Shown: in pieces, positions 58,409 to 64,000 of the stretch
How positions within the stretch are numbered: position 1 is the stretch's first letter
How the letters are laid out: every line of letters starts with the position of its first letter
Assembly (NCBI GenBank): GCA_963700285.1
Contig: CAVOXA010000010.1
Coordinates: forward strand, 416,001-480,000
Source: an uncultured Chloroflexia bacterium
Lineage (GTDB): Bacteria > Chloroflexota > Anaerolineae > JAAYZQ01
DNA length: 64,000 nucleotides
Direction: 5' to 3'
Notes under the pieces: model-generated
Seen by the model: the letters and a program-made list of their open reading frames with translations, nothing else
Databases searched by the model: none
What the model was told of the DNA's origin: nothing
Program-made: the position numbers and the translations under genes

Positions 58409-59392
58409 ATGGATATGCGCGCAGTACAAATCGTTGCGCCAGGAAAAGCTGAATTCGTGACTACACTGAAACCGACACTGCAGCCAGGCCACGCATTGAT
58501 GCGCACGCTGCTTCTGTCACTATGCGGCAGCGACGTACACCTGCTGCACCACCTCCCCGCTGAGGAGTATCCACTGCAAGTCGGAACAACGGGCCACGAG
58601 GTGATCGCCGTGGTCGAAGCCATCGATGCGCCTGAGTCGGGCATCAAGGTTGGCGACGTGGCCCTGACCTTGGCACCTCCTCAGAATGCCATGGCCGAGT
58701 ACTATGTGGCGCCGGTAGAGGATGTGATGGTGCTGCCTGAGGGTCTGCCGCTGGAACATGGCCTGATGGCACAGCAACTGGGCACGGTGATCTATGCCTG
58801 CAAGCGCTTGCCCAACATCATGGGCCGGGATGCTGTTGTCATTGGGCAGGGTTCAGCGGGCCTGCACTTTAACGCCATGCTGCGGCGCATGGGCGCCGAG
58901 CGCGTGATCGGGCTGGACGTGAAGGATGCCCGGGTCGCGGCCGGCCTCAAGTTCGGCGCCACCCATACCCTGAACAACGCCCAGGTAAACGCGCTCGAGG
59001 CCGTAAAAGAGATCACCGATGGCAAACTGGCCGGTGTCGTGATCGAAGCCGCTGGTGAGGTCGAGAGCATCAACCTTACGCCCCACCTGGTACAGGTCGG
59101 AGGCAATCTGCTGTTCTTTGGTGTTCCGAGAGCCACTGACTTTGACTTTGATTTCTGGACGTTGTTCAGGAAATACTGCTACACGACAACTTCGGGGGCC
59201 TCGGCCTTTGAACCGGGGCGTACCTCCTTCAAGATGGCGCTGGATCTCATCACCAAGGGGGCCATCGACGTTACGCCGATGCTGACCCATCGCCTCGCCT
59301 TTGAGCAGGTCGTGGACGCCTACGAACTGGCCAGAACGAGGGACGATGGCGTCATCAAGATCGTCATCGAGATGCCAGGCTATTCGCCCTAG
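58409..59392 (+). CDS. Zn-dependent (MDR) alcohol/polyol dehydrogenase lacking the structural-Zn loop
   Basis: CGSD, GHE and VIGQGSAGL. No four-Cys lobe. Confidence 0.88.
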   Translation: MDMRAVQIVAPGKAEFVTTLKPTLQPGHALMRTLLLSLCGSDVHLLHHLPAEEYPLQVGTTGHEVIAVVEAIDAPESGIKVGDVALTLAPPQNAMAEYYVAPVEDVMVLPEGLPLEHGLMAQQLGTVIYACKRLPNIMGRDAVVIGQGSAGLHFNAMLRRMGAERVIGLDVKDARVAAGLKFGATHTLNNAQVNALEAVKEITDGKLAGVVIEAAGEVESINLTPHLVQVGGNLLFFGVPRATDFDFDFWTLFRKYCYTTTSGASAFEPGRTSFKMALDLITKGAIDVTPMLTHRLAFEQVVDAYELARTRDDGVIKIVIEMPGYSP

Positions 59393-59430
59393 GCATCACC
59401 AACCACAAACGGTGGGGAGCCCGGAAGAAT

Positions 59431-60510
59431 ATGACGTCACTGATCCGGATCAAAGACGGGGTCGTACGTGAGTTCATTGCGAATGTATTTCAACGTCTGG
59501 GCGTAGGCCAGGACGACGCCTGGGTCGCGGCCGATGTGCTCGTGCGGGCCGACTTGAGAGGGGTTGAAAGTCACGGCGTCAACAACCTCTGGCAGTACGT
59601 AGACCCGCTGCGCGCGGGCACGCTAAACCCCACCCCTGATATCAAGGTGGTGCGCAGCTCGCCTGTCCTGGCCTCGGTGGATGGCGATGGTGGCATGGGC
59701 CTGGTGGTGGGTGTCAGAGCCATGGAGATGTGCATCGCCAAGGCCCAGGAATACGGGCTGGCGGCGGTGACAGTCCGGCGGAGCCGGCACTTTGGCATGG
59801 CCAGCTACTTTTCCCTGATGTGTCTGGAACACGACATGATCGGCTGCTCGATGACCAACAACTCTGGCGTCGCCGTGATTCCCACCTTTGGCCGCGAACC
59901 GATGCTGTCCACCAACCCCATCAGCGTCGTGGCGCCCACCAACCACGAGCCGCCTTTTGAGATGGATTTTGCCACGTCGGTCGCCGCCATGAGCAAGATA
60001 GGACTGGCGCTGGCCACAGGCGGCAAGATCCCACTGGGCTGGGCCCTGGACGACCAGGGCCAGCCCACCGACGACCCGCAAGCAGCGTGGGATGCCCGAA
60101 GTTTGCTGCCCTTGGGCAGCACGCGCGAGCTGGGCAGCCACAAGGGTTATGGCCTGGCGGTCGTCGTGGATATCCTGACCGGTGTCCTGGCCGGCGGGAT
60201 GTATGGCAATTCGTTCCTGCGGAATCCGCCGGAGGATGACAAACTCCGGATCAGTTCTTCGCACTTTTTCGCGGCGCTCCGGGTAGATATGTTGCAGCCC
60301 ATCGACGAATTCAAGGCTACGATGGACGACATGCTGCGGGCCCTGAAAGAGTCCGAAAAAGCTGAAGGGCAGGACCGCATCTATACTCACGGCGAGATGG
60401 AGTTTGAGGCGGAGCAGGAACGACTGAGAGACGGCATCCCTTATCACCCCGCCCTGGTGGCCTATCTACGCGAACTGGCCTCCGAGTTTGACATTCGTCT
60501 CGAGGTTTGA
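59431..60510 (+). CDS. Ldh_2-family (malate/L-sulfolactate/ureidoglycolate-type) dehydrogenase
   Basis: ADLRG.ESHG, DG.GG.G, HFGMA, GREPMLSTNPI, DFATS and HKGYGL. Confidence 0.92.
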   Translation: MTSLIRIKDGVVREFIANVFQRLGVGQDDAWVAADVLVRADLRGVESHGVNNLWQYVDPLRAGTLNPTPDIKVVRSSPVLASVDGDGGMGLVVGVRAMEMCIAKAQEYGLAAVTVRRSRHFGMASYFSLMCLEHDMIGCSMTNNSGVAVIPTFGREPMLSTNPISVVAPTNHEPPFEMDFATSVAAMSKIGLALATGGKIPLGWALDDQGQPTDDPQAAWDARSLLPLGSTRELGSHKGYGLAVVVDILTGVLAGGMYGNSFLRNPPEDDKLRISSSHFFAALRVDMLQPIDEFKATMDDMLRALKESEKAEGQDRIYTHGEMEFEAEQERLRDGIPYHPALVAYLRELASEFDIRLEV

Positions 60511-60516
60511 CTTGAT

Positions 60517-60545
60517 GTGGCCCTGCCTCTCCCAGGCAGGGTCAC
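60517..60545 (+). terminator. Hairpin after the Ldh_2 gene, possible terminator
   Basis: GTGGCCCTGCCT-CTCCC-AGGCAGGGTCAC. Confidence 0.45.
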
Positions 60546-60906
60546 TATGGAGGTCGTGGCCTCAGGCTTCACTTGAACCTCATGCTGTACCTGCTAGTGA
60601 CATCGACTCATCGCAAGAACTTGCTTGCGCTGGACTGTGGTCTACACAATACGGGAGAGCGCCCTCGTGGCGTGGCCCCTTACGCTCACGTATATGCGCA
60701 TGCGACGGCTTACTCGCTTGAAAGGAGCAACTATCCAGGCAGGGAAGGGCACGCATGTTTGGAGCCAAGAGCGTGGGGCTCAATGACCCGGGAATGGTGG
60801 TCATCAAGCGCATGCTCGAGAGCCTATAGGGTGGCGCTGTACTGCCGCCACTCACTTAGGACAAGGTATCTTCCGAATAGAAGCGTGGTCCGAAAAGGGG
60901 AAGAGG

Positions 60907-62490
60907 ATGTATGACTTGATACTGCGTGGCGGCCGCATCATGGATGGTACGGGTTCGCACTGGTACCACGCAGATGTGGCCATCGCCGATGCGCGCATTG
61001 CCGCCATGGGTCGGGATCTTGGCGGAGCCGGACGCGAGATCGATGCCAGCGGACTCGTCGTCTCTCCAGGCTTTGTCGATATGCACGCCCACTCTGATGT
61101 CACCTTGCTGGTTAATCCGCGCGCCGAGAGCGCCATACGGCAGGGGGTAACAACCCAGATCGTCGGCCATTGTGGTTTCTCCGCAGCGCCAGTACACCCC
61201 GAAAAGCAGGAAGCACTCCGCCGTGACAGCTTTATCTTTGCCTTTGAGGGCTATGATTGGACCTGGAACGACATGGCGGGCTATCGCGCAGCACTGGCCC
61301 ACGCCCGACCAGCCGTCAACGTGGCTACGTTGGTGGGGCACGGCGCACTGCGCCAATACGCCATGGGGCAAGCGGCGCGTCCCGCCACGGAGCAAGAGTT
61401 GGCCGTGATGAAGGTCGAGTTGGACAAGGCATTGGCACAGGGTGCACGGGGCCTTTCCAGCGGCCTGACCTATGCGCCAGGCCGCTTTAGCGACACGGAT
61501 GAGCTGATCGAGCTGGGCAAGGTAATGCGTCGCCACGGCGGCATCTATCACACCCACATGCGTGACTATTCCCGCTTTATCCTGGACTCGATGCGAGAGG
61601 CAATTCGGGTCGGGGCGGAGACCCATGTGCCGGTCAACATCTCGCATCTAAATCCGCCCAAAGGGAAGAATATGGTGGGCGACCTGACGGCCTTCATCGA
61701 AGATGCGCGGGCGCGAGGTGTCCAGGTAACCTTTGATAATACGATATGGACACGCGGCGGCGGGCCCTATATGCAAATGCTTCCTGACTGGGCCCAGGAA
61801 GGCGGGATCGCGGCCATGAAGGAGCGCCTGGCAGATCCGCTCACGCGCCGAGAGATTGCCCGCCAGTTGGAGGAGGGAGCGCCCGACTGGCAGGGCTGGA
61901 CGCCACCGAATTGGGAAGATTCGCTCATCGCCCGGACTGGCCGGCGCGAACACGACGCCTGGTGCGGACGTACCATTGCTGAACTGGCTGCGGAGAGGGA
62001 TTTGCCGGCAGCAGAAACCGCCTTGATCTTGCTCCTGGAAGACAATGGGCAGTTCTGGACAGCCCCTACGATCAAGTTACAGGACGATCTCAATCAGATG
62101 CTGAGCCATCCGTTGTCCGTTCCCATGTCCGACGGCTTTGCGCTGGCCCCCTATGGGCCGTTGTCCCAACCGACCATGCCTCGCTCTTACGGCACGTTTC
62201 CACGCGTCCTGGGGCGCTACGCGCGGGACTGGAACGTTCTACCCATGGAGGTAGCGGTACAAAAGATGACATCCATGCCGGCCCAACGAATGGGGCTGAT
62301 GGACCGGGGCCTGCTCCGTCCGGGCTTGCAGGCTGACATCACCATCTTTGACGCTGAGACGATCCTTGACCGCGAAACCTACCAGGACCCGCACGCATTT
62401 CCCTCCGGCATCGAATATGTGATCGTCAATGGCCAACTGGTGGTCGAGCGCGGGGAACAGAACGAGACCCGCCCCGGGCGAGTACTATAG
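60907..62490 (+). CDS. N-acyl-D-amino-acid deacylase (D-aminoacylase)
   Basis: PGFVDMHAHSD, QGVTT...G.CG.S, SSGLTYAPG, HMRD, PRSYGTFPRVLG and ADITIFD. Confidence 0.92.
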   Translation: MYDLILRGGRIMDGTGSHWYHADVAIADARIAAMGRDLGGAGREIDASGLVVSPGFVDMHAHSDVTLLVNPRAESAIRQGVTTQIVGHCGFSAAPVHPEKQEALRRDSFIFAFEGYDWTWNDMAGYRAALAHARPAVNVATLVGHGALRQYAMGQAARPATEQELAVMKVELDKALAQGARGLSSGLTYAPGRFSDTDELIELGKVMRRHGGIYHTHMRDYSRFILDSMREAIRVGAETHVPVNISHLNPPKGKNMVGDLTAFIEDARARGVQVTFDNTIWTRGGGPYMQMLPDWAQEGGIAAMKERLADPLTRREIARQLEEGAPDWQGWTPPNWEDSLIARTGRREHDAWCGRTIAELAAERDLPAAETALILLLEDNGQFWTAPTIKLQDDLNQMLSHPLSVPMSDGFALAPYGPLSQPTMPRSYGTFPRVLGRYARDWNVLPMEVAVQKMTSMPAQRMGLMDRGLLRPGLQADITIFDAETILDRETYQDPHAFPSGIEYVIVNGQLVVERGEQNETRPGRVL

Positions 62491-62504
62491 GAGGAGGTGG
62501 GATC

Positions 62505-63485
62505 ATGGAACTATCCCCCCACGATCTGGTAGAAATGTACCGGTTGATGCTCCTGGACCGGCGCTTCACCGAGCATGTGCTGGGCTGGTACAAAGAAGGA
62601 CGCATCTCTCAAGGAATGCACCCCAACATTGGGCAGGAAGCTGTAGGGGTAGGCGCTTGCTATGGCTTGCGCCCCAAGGACTGGGTCATTCCCTCTCTGC
62701 GTACCAGCAACGCTTATTGGGTCCGCGGTGTCACCCTGTTGCAGCAGATCAATGCCATGTTTGGCAACGCGGAGAGCATCTCTCACGGCAAGGAAACAGC
62801 ACACCACGCAACCTACACCGAGTACGGCATCCTGCCCGGCACCGGCATTGTTGGGGGCTCTATCCCGGTCGCAGTGGGTGCGGCCCTGGCCTTGCGGATG
62901 CAAGGGACCGACTCCGTAATCCTGGATTTCTTTGGCGATGGGGCTAGCAACCGGGGCGATTTTCACGAAGCGTTAAACATGGCTGCTCTCTACAAAGCCC
63001 CGGTCGTCTTTGTCTGCGAGAATAACCTCTACGGACAGACCGTAGGGGCCAAATCTGCGATGGCCATCACAGACATTGCGGACCGAGCCATTGGCTATGG
63101 CATGCCGGGCGAGATCGTCGATGGCCAGGATATCCTCGCGGTTTTCCAAGCTACCCAAGCAGCCGTGGCCCGGGCTCGGGAAGGGGAAGGCCCAACCCTC
63201 TTGGAATGCAAAACCTACCGCTTTTTGGCCCATTATCCCATCTTTGAAGAAGACCGACCACCGAACGAGATCGCAGCGTGGCTTGAGCGTGATCCTTTGA
63301 CCATTCATGGCGATCACCTCAAGGAAGGTGGATTATTGGACGACGCGGCCATTGAGGAGATGGACCAGGCGATCTTGCAGGAACTGGACGAGGCCATTCT
63401 TCAGGCCGAAAGGACGCCGCCTCCAGATCCAGACGGGGTCTTCCAGTCGGTCTATACCGGACCGGCAGAGGAGGGAGGGCGATGA
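62505..63485 (+). CDS. 2-oxoacid/acetoin dehydrogenase E1 alpha subunit
   Basis: H..IGQEA, the ThDP motif GDGA..G.FHEALN..CENN, VDG.D and E.KTYR. Confidence 0.92.
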   Translation: MELSPHDLVEMYRLMLLDRRFTEHVLGWYKEGRISQGMHPNIGQEAVGVGACYGLRPKDWVIPSLRTSNAYWVRGVTLLQQINAMFGNAESISHGKETAHHATYTEYGILPGTGIVGGSIPVAVGAALALRMQGTDSVILDFFGDGASNRGDFHEALNMAALYKAPVVFVCENNLYGQTVGAKSAMAITDIADRAIGYGMPGEIVDGQDILAVFQATQAAVARAREGEGPTLLECKTYRFLAHYPIFEEDRPPNEIAAWLERDPLTIHGDHLKEGGLLDDAAIEEMDQAILQELDEAILQAERTPPPDPDGVFQSVYTGPAEEGGR

Positions 63486-64000
63486 GAACACTGCGCTTCA
63501 ACGAAGCAGTACGCGAGGCGTTGGCCCAGGAGATGGCGCGCGATGAGCGAGTATTTGTGTTTGGAGAAGACATAGCCCATCATGGTGGTGTCTTTCGCGT
63601 GACCGAGGGGCTGCTGGCACAATTTGGGCCGGAGCGGGTCTTTGACACGCCGATCGCCGAGTCGGGCATCGTGGGGTTGGGCGTCGGCGCGGCGCTGATG
63701 GGCATGCGGCCAGTGGCTGAAATCCAGTTTACGGATCTGATCACTGTCGCGATGGATCAATTGGTCAGCAGCGCGGCCAAAGCGCACTTTGTCACGGACG
63801 GAGCCATGCATGTACCCCTCGTCGTACGCACCGTCAACCTGGGCAAGGGCACTGCCTACTCCGGCCAGGCACTGGAAGCTTGGTTCACGCACGTGCCCGG
63901 CCTGAAAGTGGTCATGCCCTCCAACCCTCATGACGCCAAGGGGCTGTTGATCTCGGCCATTGAGGACCCTGACCCGGTACTGTTTATCGAGCACCGTGAC
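63482..64000 (+). CDS. 2-oxoacid/acetoin dehydrogenase E1 beta subunit (truncated by window edge)
   Basis: Manual translation [50 protein letters not shown]. Starts in an ATGA overlap and is absent from the ORF track. Confidence 0.92.
   Translation, partial: MRTLRFNEAVREALAQEMARDERVFVFGEDIAHHGGVFRVTEGLLAQFGPERVFDTPIAESGIVGLGVGAALMGMRPVAEIQFTDLITVAMDQLVSSAAKAHFVTDGAMHVPLVVRTVNLGKGTAYSGQALEAWFTHVPGLKVVMPSNPHDAKGLLISAIEDPDPVLFIEHRD

Noticed and set aside
1-64000. tRNA/rRNA genes, CRISPR arrays, transposases, prophage, microcompartment or defence genes
   Set aside because: None was recognised by manual reading. A computational scan was not possible.

Overview
GC-rich bacterial DNA, most likely an anaerobic Chloroflexota (Anaerolineae-like) genome or MAG. 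This is inferred from the 'VVKETVVVEKEV...VVVTATP' lipoprotein linker and the URO-D-family expansion. From left to right the window holds: (1) tandem lysine-6-dehydrogenase/saccharopine-dehydrogenase-like paralogs; (2) a K+ module (DHH phosphoesterase, KimA-like APC permease, two TrkA proteins) with a structured leader; (3) a frameshifted secreted BNR-propeller/HEAT gene plus two response regulators; (4) an 8-gene minus-strand operon containing the hydantoinase, racemase and carbamoylase triad with extra PLP, ureohydrolase, peptidase and gamma-glutamylcyclotransferase genes; (5) a ~34 kb divergent catabolic island (20.3-54.5 kb). The island combines sialic/nonulosonic-acid-type enzymes (BNR sialidase-like protein, two NanA/DapA-family aldolases, NanE, kinase, AGE epimerase) with seven URO-D/MtaA-fold proteins, a non-pyrrolysine MttB methyltransferase, two MFS-HEAT fusion transporters, an amidohydrolase-aminotransferase fusion and several oxidoreductases; (6) a sugar ABC transporter operon, a D-aminoacylase and 2-oxoacid dehydrogenase E1 alpha/beta. 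The island is the best candidate for an undescribed system. My hypothesis is corrinoid-linked demethylation/deamination and catabolism of modified nonulosonic or amino sugars. No tRNA, rRNA, CRISPR array or intact transposase was recognised. All functional calls come from motifs read by eye, without database searches.
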